64,000 nt of DNA from Candidatus Zhuqueibacterota bacterium (lineage in GTDB: Bacteria; Zhuqueibacterota; Zhuqueibacteria; Residuimicrobiales; Krinioviventaceae). This document shows positions 8,696 through 19,800 of this stretch, in pieces. Under the pieces are notes generated by a model, which did not search any database, was not told the origin of the DNA, and was given only the letters and a program-made list of their open reading frames with translations. The translations under genes were made by a program, and so were the position numbers. Each line of letters opens with the position of its first letter. Position 1 is the first letter of the stretch. Where the stretch lies: positions 12,917 through 76,916 of the forward strand of contig JAFGJB010000008.1 of assembly GCA_016929295.1 (NCBI GenBank), written 5' to 3'.

Positions 8696-10888
8696 GTGAT
8701 GTTCAACGCACTATTTTGGATTGTGCCAGTTGCCTCCGTACTCGCGCTCATATTCGCCTGGTACTTTTTCAAGAAAATGAAAGGAGAGAGCGAAGGGACG
8801 GAACGCATGGCCGAAATCGCACAGCACGTTCGTGTTGGCGCCATGGCCTATTTGCGACAACAATACAAAGTTGTCACTATCATTTTTATCATCTTGACCG
8901 CACTGTTTGCTTTGATGGCAGTAGCCGGCTTTCAGAATGGCTGGGTCTGGTTTGCCTTCCTGACCGGAGGTGTCTTTTCGGGTTTGGCCGGCTTCTTTGG
9001 CATGAAAACCGCTACCTATGCCGGTGCGCGCACAGCCAATGCTGCGCGTGATTCCCTCAACCGCGGGCTGCAGGTGGCGTTTCGCTCCGGCGCGGTCATG
9101 GGACTTGTGGTTGTCGGTCTGGCTCTCCTCGACATTTCTCTCTGGTTCATCGTCTTAAACTTTGCTATTCCCGAAGCCGAGGCGGGTCACAAACTTGTCG
9201 TGATCACAACGACCATGCTGACCTTCGGAATGGGAGCTTCGACGCAGGCGCTGTTCGCGCGCGTGGGCGGCGGCATATACACCAAGGCGGCGGATGTTGG
9301 TGCTGATCTTGTCGGCAAAGTTGAGGCCGGCATCCCGGAAGACGATCCGCGCAATCCCGCCACCATCGCGGATAACGTCGGCGATAACGTCGGTGACGTA
9401 GCCGGTATGGGCGCTGACCTCTATGAATCATATGCCGGCTCCATTCTGGCGACGGCGGCACTTGGCGCTGCTGCCTTTATGCACGAGGGATCGCTGCAGC
9501 TGAAAGCCATCCTGGCGCCCATGTTGATCGCGGCTGTCGGCACCCTGCTCTCCATCGTTGGCATTTTCGCTGTGCGCACCAAAGAAGACGCGTCGCAGAA
9601 GCAACTCCTCAGCGCTCTGGGCAGAGGAGTGAACTTGTCCTCCGTATTGATTGTCATCCTTTCCTGGATCATCCTCAAAGCACTCGGCCTGCCGAATGTC
9701 TGGGGCGTCTGGGGTTCCATCGTAATCGGTTTGATCACCGGCTGGTTTATCGGCAAGGAAACCGAATACTTTACGTCGGCAGCTTATAAACCGACAAGAA
9801 AAATCGCCAACAGCGCCTTGACCGGGCCGGCTACTGTCATCATCACCGGTATCGGCACGGGTATGTATTCTACCGCTTTCCCTGTTTTGACGATCGTTGT
9901 CGGCACCATTTTCGCCTACCTGACATCTGCCGGTTTCGACATGCTGAATTATTCCAATGGCTTGTACGGCATTGGCATCGCGGCTGTCGGCATGCTTTCC
10001 ACGCTTGGCATCACCCTGGCGACAGATGCCTATGGTCCCATTGCGGATAATGCCGGCGGCAACGCCGAAATGTCCGGACTGGGTGCTGAAGTCCGTAAAC
10101 GCACGGATGCGCTCGACTCGCTCGGCAACACCACCGCTGCTACTGGAAAAGGATTTGCGATTGGCTCCGCCGCGTTGACAGCGCTTGCTCTTCTTGCTTC
10201 TTATGTCGAAGAGTTGAAAATCGGCATGCTTCGTTTGCCGGAAAAGGCAGCCGCTTTCACCAACGCCATGGGTATTGACGTGTCTAAAGCGCAGATACCC
10301 GATTTCATGGAATATTTCAACGTCACCTTGATGAATCCCAAAGTCCTGCTCGGCATGTTCATCGGTTCTATGATGGCATTCGTGTTTTGCGGTCTCACCA
10401 TGCAGGCGGTCGGTCGCGCGGCGCAGTCCATGGTTGAAGAGGTCCGCCGCCAGTTCCGCGAAATCAAAGGCATCATGGAAGGTGAGACGACGCCGGATTA
10501 CGCCTCCTGTGTGGCGATCTCGACAAAAGGTGCTCAACGTGAGATGATGGTGCCATCGCTATTGGCTATTGCCGCGCCGATTGTCATCGGTTTGATCTTT
10601 GGAGCGGCCGGCGTCATGGGCCTGCTGACCGGCGGTCTGGCTTCCGGCTTTGTGCTTGCGGTCTTTATGGCCAATGCAGGCGGCTCATGGGACAATGCGA
10701 AGAAATATATCGAAGAGGGCGCCCATGGCGGCAAAGGTTCCGCCGCTCATAAGGCGGCGGTGACCGGTGATACGGTCGGCGATCCTTTTAAAGACACGTC
10801 CGGTCCAAGCTTGAACATCCTCATCAAATTGATGAGCATGGTCGCCATTGTCATGGCCGGCCTGACCGTGGCCTGGTCGCTGCTGTAA
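8696..10888 (+). CDS. hppA: Membrane-bound H+/Na+-translocating pyrophosphatase
   Basis: 730 aa with about 16 TM. Motifs [18 protein letters not shown] and [17 protein letters not shown] are present. AAAGGAG SD upstream. Confidence 0.95.
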   Translation: MMFNALFWIVPVASVLALIFAWYFFKKMKGESEGTERMAEIAQHVRVGAMAYLRQQYKVVTIIFIILTALFALMAVAGFQNGWVWFAFLTGGVFSGLAGFFGMKTATYAGARTANAARDSLNRGLQVAFRSGAVMGLVVVGLALLDISLWFIVLNFAIPEAEAGHKLVVITTTMLTFGMGASTQALFARVGGGIYTKAADVGADLVGKVEAGIPEDDPRNPATIADNVGDNVGDVAGMGADLYESYAGSILATAALGAAAFMHEGSLQLKAILAPMLIAAVGTLLSIVGIFAVRTKEDASQKQLLSALGRGVNLSSVLIVILSWIILKALGLPNVWGVWGSIVIGLITGWFIGKETEYFTSAAYKPTRKIANSALTGPATVIITGIGTGMYSTAFPVLTIVVGTIFAYLTSAGFDMLNYSNGLYGIGIAAVGMLSTLGITLATDAYGPIADNAGGNAEMSGLGAEVRKRTDALDSLGNTTAATGKGFAIGSAALTALALLASYVEELKIGMLRLPEKAAAFTNAMGIDVSKAQIPDFMEYFNVTLMNPKVLLGMFIGSMMAFVFCGLTMQAVGRAAQSMVEEVRRQFREIKGIMEGETTPDYASCVAISTKGAQREMMVPSLLAIAAPIVIGLIFGAAGVMGLLTGGLASGFVLAVFMANAGGSWDNAKKYIEEGAHGGKGSAAHKAAVTGDTVGDPFKDTSGPSLNILIKLMSMVAIVMAGLTVAWSLL

Positions 10889-10910
10889 ATAGAGTATTGG
10901 ATGACGTGAA

Positions 10911-10941
10911 GGGCGATCTGTTTTCCGGTCGCCCTTTTTTG
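10911..10941 (+). terminator. Rho-independent terminator after hppA
   Basis: GGGCGA-tctgttttccgg-TCGCCC followed by TTTTTTG. Confidence 0.75.
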
Positions 10942-11000
10942 TTCATGTCATCTTTTTCGTAAAGATCATGGAAAGAGGCGACACTTTTTGAGGTGATGCA

Positions 11001-12146
11001 ATGGAAATGTTATCAAAAAAAGAGCTCATTCAACTTGTCAAAGTGGTCTTTCCGCCGCTGCCGCAGGATGAAAAATTGGCCATACTTGTCGATGTTCCCC
11101 GTTGCAAGTCCGATGACAATCCGAGCTGGGCAGCCCGTCGAGGGCTGGCGCACCAATGGTTTCGCCTGCTGCGCGGCGGGCTTGACGAGCTTGGACTGTC
11201 GGACGTCCTTCTTTTCGCCTATGCGAGCGTCGATTCGAACAATGCCGATCTTCCTGACGTCGGATATGCGCTCTCGACGCTGGTCCCCGAGGTGAGCTCA
11301 AAGCTGTCCGGGACGAAAATGGCTTTTGCCGAGGTTTTCGCCTCATGCCAGCTTTTTCTCGCGCCGACGCAATACTCCACCACCGCGCCGCTGAAAGTCA
11401 ATGCGCGGAAATACGGTTTTCGCGCCGCCACTATGCCGGGCTTTGCGCCGGATATGATTCCGGCGTTGCGCATCGACTATGATTTGGTGAATGAACGCTG
11501 CGAAAGCATCAAACGTAGACTAGATGCGGCCGTCGGCGCCGATGTTCTCTTTCGCGCTGATGACCAGGACTATAAGGTCTATTTTGACTTGCGCTTCAGG
11601 CAGGGACATGCCAGCGGCGGCCGTTTCCCCGCTCCGGGCACCGCCGGGAATCTTCCGAGCGGAGAAAGCTATATCGTGCCCTACGAGGGGGAAAAAGGCG
11701 AGCCAAGCCAAACGCAGGGTGTGTTGCCGGTGCAGTTTGGTGATGAAATCGTGCTGTTCAAAATTGAGGCGAATCGCGCTGTTGCTGTGCTGACGACCGG
11801 GACACAGAGCCGGCAGCAGGCGGACTATCTCAAGCGCGAACCGGCCTATGGCAATATGGCGGAGCTTGGCTTTGGCGTTTTAGGCGATTTCGGATTGCGG
11901 CCTATAGGCGAAATTTTGCTGGACGAAAAACTCGCCTTTCATATCGCCTTCGGCCGCAGCGATCACTTTGGCGGCGACACCGGTCCCGCGCAATTCTCGT
12001 CGCCGCACGCGGTCGTCCATATTGATTATATCTATTCGCCAATGACGCAGCCCGGAATTAGTCTATTGAAGCTCGATCTGATCAACGGCGATGGCATAAA
12101 AGAGGCGATCATTGAGAACGACACCTATCTCATTTTCCAGGCATAA
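11001..12146 (+). CDS. M29-family (aminopeptidase T/AmpS/PepS-like) metallopeptidase homologue
   Basis: 381 aa. NLPSGESYIVP matches the M29 NLP(T/S)GE motif, and ELGFGVL and LLDEKLAFHIAFGRSD match LFDEKIGGSVHLALG. Confidence 0.6.
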   Translation: MEMLSKKELIQLVKVVFPPLPQDEKLAILVDVPRCKSDDNPSWAARRGLAHQWFRLLRGGLDELGLSDVLLFAYASVDSNNADLPDVGYALSTLVPEVSSKLSGTKMAFAEVFASCQLFLAPTQYSTTAPLKVNARKYGFRAATMPGFAPDMIPALRIDYDLVNERCESIKRRLDAAVGADVLFRADDQDYKVYFDLRFRQGHASGGRFPAPGTAGNLPSGESYIVPYEGEKGEPSQTQGVLPVQFGDEIVLFKIEANRAVAVLTTGTQSRQQADYLKREPAYGNMAELGFGVLGDFGLRPIGEILLDEKLAFHIAFGRSDHFGGDTGPAQFSSPHAVVHIDYIYSPMTQPGISLLKLDLINGDGIKEAIIENDTYLIFQA

Positions 12147-12330
12147 AACAACCTGTGTGCCAGCCAGATTTTTTTGCTTGATTTTTAGACAATATTGCTT
12201 TACTTTACCAAGCTTTGAGTGGTAATAGGATAATCAAAGATAATCTGAAAAGGCGAGGGTGAGCGGTTTATACGACAAGAATTACCATGATGACAAAGGA
12301 CGAGAGCCTTCAGCTACTTTACATCACTTG

Positions 12331-12361
12331 AGTGCATTCAGAATTGAGTGCACTTTTTTTG
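12331..12361 (+). terminator. Terminator-like hairpin plus U-tract in the leader immediately upstream of the Zn-ribbon gene (possible attenuator)
   Basis: AGTGCA-ttcagaattgag-TGCACT followed by TTTTTTTG. Only about 37 nt separate it from the TTG start at 12398. Confidence 0.5.
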
Positions 12362-12397
12362 TCTGCAGATGGGATTCAATCACAAGGAGATGCCCTG

Positions 12398-13129
12398 TTG
12401 CATAAAGTCCTGGAAACTCTGATCGATCTACAAGACGTTGACACCCGACTCCAACGCCTTGAAGCTGCCAAGGGTGACCTGCCACAAAGAGTGCAGAACG
12501 TGAGCGCCCAGGTTGAAGAAACAAAAACAATACTCGAGCAAAAAATGGCCGAGAAGGAAACTATATCATCTGAACAAAAGACCATCCATACGGATGTCGA
12601 GGAACTAAAGCAAAAGCTGAAAAAATATAAAGTCCAGCTGTACGAGGTGAAAACCAATAAAGAATATGATGCCATCACTCTCGAAATCGAGACAAGTGAA
12701 CAAAAGATCGACGAACAGGAGTACCGGAACCTGGAGCTTGAAGAAGCGTCGGCGAAGCTGGATGAAGTGATCGCATCCCTGCAAGAAAAAATTGTCGATC
12801 TGAGCGAGTTGCTCATTGACTATAGAAAAGACCTCGAGGCAAAACTCGCGGCGACGAAAACAGAAGAGGAAGCCTTGCGATCTCGAAGAGCGGAGATGGT
12901 GCAAAATCTGACAAAACCGATACTGTCGGCCTACGAGAGAATTCGGCAGGGTCGAGGGGGCGTCGCAGTGGCTAAATTGATCAATGGAGCGTGCAGTGAG
13001 TGCTCCAGTCGTATTCCACCGCAACGCGCTCTGGAAATACGAATGATGGACAGAATGTATCTCTGTGAAGTATGCGGGCGAATCGTCGTGTGGACACAGG
13101 ACTATCAACCTGTTGAAAATGCAAAATAG
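12398..13129 (+). CDS. Coiled-coil protein with a C-terminal C4 zinc ribbon (DUF164/COG1579 family)
   Basis: Probable TTG start at 12398 with AAGGAGA 7 nt upstream. The N-terminus LHKVLETLIDLQDVDTRLQRLE resembles the family's N-terminal IELQEID...LE pattern. A long heptad coiled coil is followed by CSEC...CEVCGR. The longer ORF-track start at 12332 lacks an SD. Confidence 0.7.
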   Translation: MHKVLETLIDLQDVDTRLQRLEAAKGDLPQRVQNVSAQVEETKTILEQKMAEKETISSEQKTIHTDVEELKQKLKKYKVQLYEVKTNKEYDAITLEIETSEQKIDEQEYRNLELEEASAKLDEVIASLQEKIVDLSELLIDYRKDLEAKLAATKTEEEALRSRRAEMVQNLTKPILSAYERIRQGRGGVAVAKLINGACSECSSRIPPQRALEIRMMDRMYLCEVCGRIVVWTQDYQPVENAK

Positions 13130-13160
13130 GCTCGCATTTTACGCTGTAAATAGTATACCA

Positions 13161-13546
13161 AAGCAGGTCAGGCGATCGCGTTCTGCCTCGTCATACGAGG
13201 CGGGATGAGGAAAGTCCGAACTCCGCAGGGCAAGATGATCCGTAACGCGGATCCCGGGTGACCGGGGGAAAGTGCCACAGAAAATACACAGTCCTTTCCC
13301 GCATGGCGGGAGGGGATAAAGGTGAAATGGCGAGGTAAGAGCTCACCGCTTCAATGGTGACATTGGAGGCAGGGTAAACCCCATCTGGAGCAAGACCAAA
13401 TAGGCGGAAAGAGGCGGCCCGTCTCGACCGATCCGCGGGTAGGTTGCTTGAGGTGCCGGGCAATCGGCATCCTAGATAAATGATCGCCGTTCCGTCACGC
13501 GCTGCGGGATGGGATGACAGAATTCGGCTTATCGACCTGCTTTGGT
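13161..13546 (+). ncRNA. rnpB: RNase P RNA, bacterial type A
   Basis: P1 pairing AAGCAGGTC...GACCTGCTT. Conserved type-A blocks are GAGGAAAGTCCGAACTCC, GGTGAAATGGCGAGGTAAGAGCTCACC, AGCAAGACCAAATAGG, GGTAGGTTGCTTGAGGTGCCGGGCAATCGGCATCCTAGATAAATGATCG and ACAGAATTCGGCTTATCG. The minus-strand ORF 13191..13562 is an artefact of this RNA. Confidence 0.95.
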
Positions 13547-13591
13547 TATTTTTGATATTCAAATTGCCGACAGTCGGGAGCGCACAATAAT

Positions 13592-15292
13592 ATGGATTTG
13601 AAATGGGTCATCGAAGATGACTTTGACAAGGAGGATGTCTATCGACTCGCGGCCGAGCTGAATGTGCCCGCTATCATTGCGCAGATATTGCAGCGGCGTG
13701 GCATCAAAGACAAGGATGCCGCGAGGAAATTTTTTCATCCGGCTTTGGATCAGTTGTACAATCCATTTTTGCTCAGGGATATGGATAAAGCTGTCGACCG
13801 TTTACGTCGCGCCCTGCTCAGTGATGAAAAGATATTAATCTATGGCGACTATGATGTGGATGGCATCACATCCGTTTCATTTTTATATTTATTATTGAAA
13901 GAGCTCGGCGCGCACGTCACCTACTATATCCCAAATCGCCAGGCAGAAGGCTATGGATTGTCCGATCAGGGCATTGAAGAAGCGAAAAAACGCCAGGTTG
14001 ATTTGATTGTGACCGTCGATTGCGGCATCACCGGGCATGCCGAGATCCAGATGGCGCAAACAGCGGGCATCGATGTCATTGTGACCGATCATCACGAGCC
14101 CGGGCCGACCCTCCCCACCGCCGTCGCGGTGGTGGATCCCAAACGTCGAGATTGTGAATATCCTTTCAAGCAACTCGCCGGCGTCGGCGTCGCCTACAAG
14201 CTTGCCCAGGGATTGATGCAGAGGATGGGGATTGACACTTCAATCCTTGAAAATTTCATCGAATTGGTGGCCATCGGCACCTCTGCCGATATCGTACCCA
14301 TCATTGATGAAAATCGAATTTTCGTCAAGACCGGGCTCACAGCGCTGAATAACAGCGAAAACGTCGGCCTCAAGGCGCTCATTCGCGCGGCCGGACAGCA
14401 GGGGCGCGAAATCGGCACCGGGCAGATTGTATTCATCATCGCGCCGCGCATAAATGCCGTGGGACGAATGGGTGATGCGCAGCGGGCTGTCGAATTGCTG
14501 ACGACTAGAGATGAATGTGAAGCGGAACGCATCGCCGGCATCCTGGAACGGGAAAATCAGCACCGAAAAAATGTTGATGAAGAAGCATTCAACGAGGCCA
14601 TTCAACAAACTGAACAACGCTTTGCGGATAACAGCAAGGCAAGTTCTATCATTTTGCATAAAGAGGGCTGGCATACCGGCGTCATCGGGATTGTCGCCTC
14701 TCGCGTCGTTGAAAAATATTACCGGCCCACGATCCTCATCTCTGTTGACGACGGCATTGGCAAGGGATCGGCTCGAAGTGTGCCAGGTTTTGATCTCTAT
14801 GAATCTCTCAAACAGTGCGAAGATCTGTTCATCGGTTTTGGCGGCCACAAATATGCCGCCGGTCTGACAATCGCGGAAGAAAATATCGAGACCTTTAAAC
14901 AACGCTTCGAGGCCATCGCTGAACACGATCTGACGCAAGAGCATCTGGTTCCCAAACTGTATATTGAGGCGCAGATAAGACTCGGAGAAATTGATGAAAA
15001 ATTTATAAAGTTGCTCAAAATGTTCGCGCCATTTGGACCGCAAAATATGCGCCCGGTCTTTGTGTCGCGAAATCTGCAAATCGTCGGCTCTCCGACAGTC
15101 GTGGGCAAGAACCATTTAAAATTCAAAGTGCGACAGGACGATAAGGTCTATGACGTCATTGCTTTCAATATGGGCGAACTTTTATATCGCCTCACACCGG
15201 GAGAGTCCAACCTCGATATGGCGTATGTCATAGAGGAAAATGTTTTCATGGGGCGCCGCTCCATTCAACTGCGAGCGAAGGACATAAGATAG
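13592..15292 (+). CDS. recJ: Single-stranded-DNA-specific exonuclease RecJ
   Basis: 566 aa. DHH motifs GDYDVDGITS and DHHEPGP are present, with a DHHA1 C-terminus. Confidence 0.9.
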   Translation: MDLKWVIEDDFDKEDVYRLAAELNVPAIIAQILQRRGIKDKDAARKFFHPALDQLYNPFLLRDMDKAVDRLRRALLSDEKILIYGDYDVDGITSVSFLYLLLKELGAHVTYYIPNRQAEGYGLSDQGIEEAKKRQVDLIVTVDCGITGHAEIQMAQTAGIDVIVTDHHEPGPTLPTAVAVVDPKRRDCEYPFKQLAGVGVAYKLAQGLMQRMGIDTSILENFIELVAIGTSADIVPIIDENRIFVKTGLTALNNSENVGLKALIRAAGQQGREIGTGQIVFIIAPRINAVGRMGDAQRAVELLTTRDECEAERIAGILERENQHRKNVDEEAFNEAIQQTEQRFADNSKASSIILHKEGWHTGVIGIVASRVVEKYYRPTILISVDDGIGKGSARSVPGFDLYESLKQCEDLFIGFGGHKYAAGLTIAEENIETFKQRFEAIAEHDLTQEHLVPKLYIEAQIRLGEIDEKFIKLLKMFAPFGPQNMRPVFVSRNLQIVGSPTVVGKNHLKFKVRQDDKVYDVIAFNMGELLYRLTPGESNLDMAYVIEENVFMGRRSIQLRAKDIR

Positions 15293-15320
15293 GTAATAGC
15301 TGACCTTTAGAGGAGAAATT

Positions 15321-16247
15321 ATGGATCCACGCGACGAACAAGGTAAAATATGGATGAACGGCCAGTTCATCGAATGGAAGGATGCGACCATCCACGTGAT
15401 GTCTCATGTGGTTCACTACGGAACGAGCGTTTTTGAAGGCATGCGTTGCTACAAGACGCCGCTCGGCCCCAGCATTTTCAGACTGGCTGATCATATAAGA
15501 CGTCTGTTTGATTCGGCCAAAATCTATCGCATGCCGATTCCCTATTCGCAAAGTGAGATCGTGGCCGCATGCAAGGAGACGATAAAGATAAACGGCTTTG
15601 CATCCGCCTATGTGCGCCCAATTGTGTTTCGAGGCTACAATTCTCTGGGCGTTGACCCCTCCAAATGTCCCGTTCAAGTCGTCATCGGCGCCTTAAACTG
15701 GGGTAAATATCTTGGTGATGAAGGTGTAACCAATGGTGTAGATGTTCGAGTCTCTTCGTGGAATCGGATGGCGCCCAATACCATGCCGACACTCGCGAAA
15801 GCGGGCTCAAATTACATGAGTTCTCAACTCATCAAGATGGAAGCTTTGGCGGAAAAGTATGCGGAAGGCATTGGCCTCGATATCGATGGCTTTGTCAGCG
15901 AGGGAAGTGGCGAAAATATATTTCTCGTTCGGGACGGCGTCATTTTTACGCCAACAGTGGATTCCGGCATTTTGCCCGGACTGACGCGCAATTGCGTTCT
16001 GATGATCGCGAAAGAGCTGGGCGTCACCGTCATTGAACAAAAGATTCAGCGCGAGATGCTTTACATTGCCGATGAAATTTTCCTCACCGGCTCGGCAGCG
16101 GAGGTGACTCCCGTGAAAAGTGTTGATCGGATACCGATCGGCGCCGGCTCACGTGGACCACTGACCGAACGAATTCAGAGTCGCTATTTTGAGTACGTCC
16201 ATGGCGAGTGCGAAGATATTTACGGTTGGCATGACTATATAAATTGA
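15321..16247 (+). CDS. ilvE: Branched-chain amino acid aminotransferase
   Basis: 308 aa, PLP fold type IV. N-terminus IWMNGQFIEWKDATIHVMSHVVHYGTSVFEGMRCY. Confidence 0.9.
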   Translation: MDPRDEQGKIWMNGQFIEWKDATIHVMSHVVHYGTSVFEGMRCYKTPLGPSIFRLADHIRRLFDSAKIYRMPIPYSQSEIVAACKETIKINGFASAYVRPIVFRGYNSLGVDPSKCPVQVVIGALNWGKYLGDEGVTNGVDVRVSSWNRMAPNTMPTLAKAGSNYMSSQLIKMEALAEKYAEGIGLDIDGFVSEGSGENIFLVRDGVIFTPTVDSGILPGLTRNCVLMIAKELGVTVIEQKIQREMLYIADEIFLTGSAAEVTPVKSVDRIPIGAGSRGPLTERIQSRYFEYVHGECEDIYGWHDYIN

Positions 16248-16248
16248 C

Positions 16249-16725
16249 ATGTTTAATGAAGACTTGCAGTTCATCCCGCCGCAAACAAGACGCGACGCGC
16301 GGGAGACAGCATTACAGATTCTCTATGCAATTGAACTTTCCAGGAATTCAATGTCCACGGTTTTTCAGGACTTGATGCCAGAAGGTGAATCGGCGACGCC
16401 AGCCCTCCATTTTGCAAAAAGGATTGTCGAAAGAACATACGAAGGGCGAGACGATCTTGATGGCTATATTCGTCGCTATTCAACAAACTGGAAGTTCGAG
16501 AGAATCGCCATGCTTGATTTGATCATCCTGAGAATTGCTATTTGCGAGTTCATGCATTTTGTTGATGTGCCGCCCAAAGTGACCATCGATGAGGCAATTG
16601 AGCTGGCAAAACGTTTTAGTACATACAAGAGCAGCGGCTTCATCAATGGCATCCTGGATGCCGTTCTTTTGGAACTTAAAGAGAAGAATATCGTCGTCAA
16701 AAAGGGACGAGGCATGCAGGACTGA
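16249..16725 (+). CDS. nusB: Transcription antitermination factor NusB
   Basis: 158 aa with ARETALQILYAIEL... and IDEAIELAKRFS. Confidence 0.85.
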   Translation: MFNEDLQFIPPQTRRDARETALQILYAIELSRNSMSTVFQDLMPEGESATPALHFAKRIVERTYEGRDDLDGYIRRYSTNWKFERIAMLDLIILRIAICEFMHFVDVPPKVTIDEAIELAKRFSTYKSSGFINGILDAVLLELKEKNIVVKKGRGMQD

Positions 16726-16744
16726 GATGAAATCGTGATGTGAA

Positions 16745-16776
16745 ATGCCGCTCCTGTATGAGCGGCATCTTTTTTG
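16745..16776 (+). terminator. Rho-independent terminator after nusB
   Basis: ATGCCGCTC-ctgtat-GAGCGGCAT followed by CTTTTTTGG. Confidence 0.75.
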
Positions 16777-16875
16777 GCCATCACAAAACTGCGGATGAGG
16801 GGAAACAATTCAGTTGATAGAGTGTTAAGATTGTTAGAGTTCTGGTGTGCGTAAAGGAATATGAAGGACTGTTAA

Positions 16876-19800
16876 ATGCTGGCAAAAGTTGAAAAAGTCT
16901 TGTCAAAAATAATGGGTGGATCGAGTAATGAACGCGAACTGAAGCGCCTGCAGCCGATCGTCGACGAGATCAACCAAATCGCTGCTGATTACGCGAAACT
17001 GACAGATGACGAGCTGAAAGCCAAAACGAACGAATTCCGCTATCGCCTTCTCATGGGAGAGACGCTGGATGATTTGCTGCCGGAAGCTTTTGCCGCGGTG
17101 AAGGATACGTGTCGGCGTCTGTGCGGCAAAAAATGGCTGGTGCGCGGTCAGGAAACAGACTGGAATATGATTCCATATGACGTTCAGCTGATCGGCGGCG
17201 TAGCGCTGCATGAAGGGAAAATCACGGAAATGGCAACGGGCGAAGGGAAGACGCTCGTCGCAACCATGCCTCTCTATCTGAATGCCCTGGCAGGCAAGGG
17301 CGCACATCTCATCACCGTGAACGATTATCTTGCTCAACGTGACTGCGAATGGATGGGCGAGATCTATAAATTTTTGGGGCTCTCGGTAGCCGCCATTTTT
17401 GGTCAGCAAGAGCCTGAGGAACGCAAGCGCGCCTACCAGGCCGATATTACTTATGGCACCAACAACGAGTTCGGATTTGATTATCTGCGCGATAATATGA
17501 CCGCGGATGTGTGGTCCGTGGTTCAACGTCCCCTGCACTTTGCTATTGTCGATGAGGTCGATAGTGTGCTCATTGATGAAGCCCGGACGCCTCTCATCAT
17601 CTCGGGCTCTGTCGGTGCACCACGGAATATCTATAATGAATTGAAACCCATCGTTGAAAATCTCTACAAAAAGCAGCAAGAGCTGGTCGTCCGCCTGATC
17701 AAAGAGGGTAAGGAACGACTCGAGCAGGACGAGGAGCAAGGGGGCCTGATGATACTGCGCGCACAGCGCGGGGATCCGAAAAATAGCCAGCTGCTGGAAT
17801 TGTTGACCTCTGAATTCTGGGTGAAAAAACTGATTGAAAGAATTCAAGGACAGTACGAGGTCAATAAGGATATGGCCACTGTCGACCAGGAACTCTATTA
17901 CACGATCGATGAAAAAAGCCATGTCGTCGATATAACCGAAAAAGGGCGCATATTTTTATCAGGCGGCCGCGATCAGGATGTCGCATTTAAAATTCAGCAA
18001 CTGGATGATCTGGACGAAATACTGTCGCGTCTCAGCGAGAGCAAGCAAAAATCACTCTACTTCACCCAGGATCCGGTGTCCGGCCGCTGCAACGGCCTCA
18101 GTTTTGCAGGTAAATTGGCGTTGAATAATGTTGCCGGCGACATAAATGAGCGCGACCGGGCTGCACTTGACGAGTTCGATGCCAGACTGCGACAGTTGCC
18201 CGATGTTGTGGAGAGAACCTCGCAGGAAAACAGGAGCGATCGAACATCAGCATGGCGGGCATTTTTCAGGATTGCCAAAAAAATGGAAAAGGCTGTCAAT
18301 GGCCTGACCGAGGAGGGAAAATCCTATCTGGCCAACGGACAAGATGGCGCCATGGCCAAACTGAGCGATTCTTTCGACAGACTTTTATCGACCATTTGCG
18401 CACAGGCGGATGTTGACAGCGGTCTGACGTTCCCGCGGCATCAACAAGAACGCCGGCGACTGCTGCAGGAGACTTTTTTTGAACTGGACAGACAACTGGG
18501 CATTCCTGTTGGTTTGACCGAGCAGGGTCGCATTGCCTTATTGGCCGACATGCTGGGAGGGGATCCATTGCGTGTACCGCTGATCTTTCAGCTTGACAAC
18601 ATGCTGCAGCTCGATGATGTCGATGACAAGATGCAGGATTATTTTGAATATTCCGATGACGGCACAGTGGTCAGACATATCGCGGAGAAAGGACGCATTG
18701 CGCTGCTCGGCGGTAACCCGGATACCTATGTTTTGCCGGATCGCAGCATCGTTGAGGAGCGGGACAGACAAATACAGCAGCTCTTGGACAGAACGATCAA
18801 TCAAACTTCCTACGATTATGCCGCACGAGTCATCGCCGTCGAACGCCTTGATCGCGACATGCGGGCTATTCATGATCTGCATGCGGCGGATGTGGAAAAA
18901 GCATCGCCTTTTTATATCATATCAAAATCAGAAGAGCGCCCGCGCATCCGTTTGACCGAAATGGGCCGCGCCTTTCTGTCCGATTTTGCAGCGCAAACCA
19001 CGGAGCTGGTGCTGCAGTTTGACAAACTTGTCCGCGACAATAAAAATCGCCTCGACGATATTTTCCAGGTGCAGAACAATAAAATTGTCGGCCTCAATTC
19101 GGCAGTGCTCGATCGTCTTCTCGGTCGATCTTTCAATGATCTGCAGCAAGCCATACGCGAATGGCACGCGCTGCATAAGGCGGGTGCTACTGATTCCAGC
19201 ATCAGCCTGCGTCTGGAATTGGACAAGTATCTCGGCAGCGACCAGGATGCCCGCAGCCTGTCGCGCACCTTCGAAGAGATCGAGCGCATTGCCCATGTCT
19301 ACAGTAACATTTTCGCCGTCATGCAGCGGCCAGATGTGAGCGACTCTGAAAAACGCCGCATTCTCGGTCGCTATTTTGAGTTTAACGGTGATCCAAAGGC
19401 TCCTTTCACGCAGGTGGATAATTTGCCGCTTGTCGGTCTGTCGGATGCCGGTATCGAACGCCTGGCAGGTGATGCCACGGCGCGGGCGCGCATATTTGAC
19501 AATCTGCAGGGGCTCGTCGATGATCTTGATGTTGATTCCGACGCAGTGTTTGAACTGTCAGAAGATGGTCATCCCGTGGGACTGAAAAAGTCTTCGTGGT
19601 CGCGACTTGTTGATGGTTTGCCATTTTTTAGCTACAGCGACGGACTGCGAAAATTTCGCGATGAGATCATGCATCTCTCTAATAAAAAGGTCAATTCCAG
19701 TTCTGAACTGGCGAGTCTGCTGCCAAAAGAAAAAACGCATCTACGGGCGAAAAAGCTCATGTTTGATGAACGTGAGCTGAATGAGTTGATTTCCATCGCC

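Noticed and set aside
9428-10537. 369-aa minus-strand ORF inside hppA
   Set aside because: It is antisense to the strongly conserved H+-PPase coding frame, with Arg/Gly/Asp-rich low-complexity composition. It is a shadow ORF.
13191-13562. 123-aa minus-strand ORF
   Set aside because: It lies over the RNase P RNA gene and is an artefact of the structured RNA.
14240-15115. 291-aa minus-strand ORF inside recJ
   Set aside because: It is antisense to RecJ and has no motifs.
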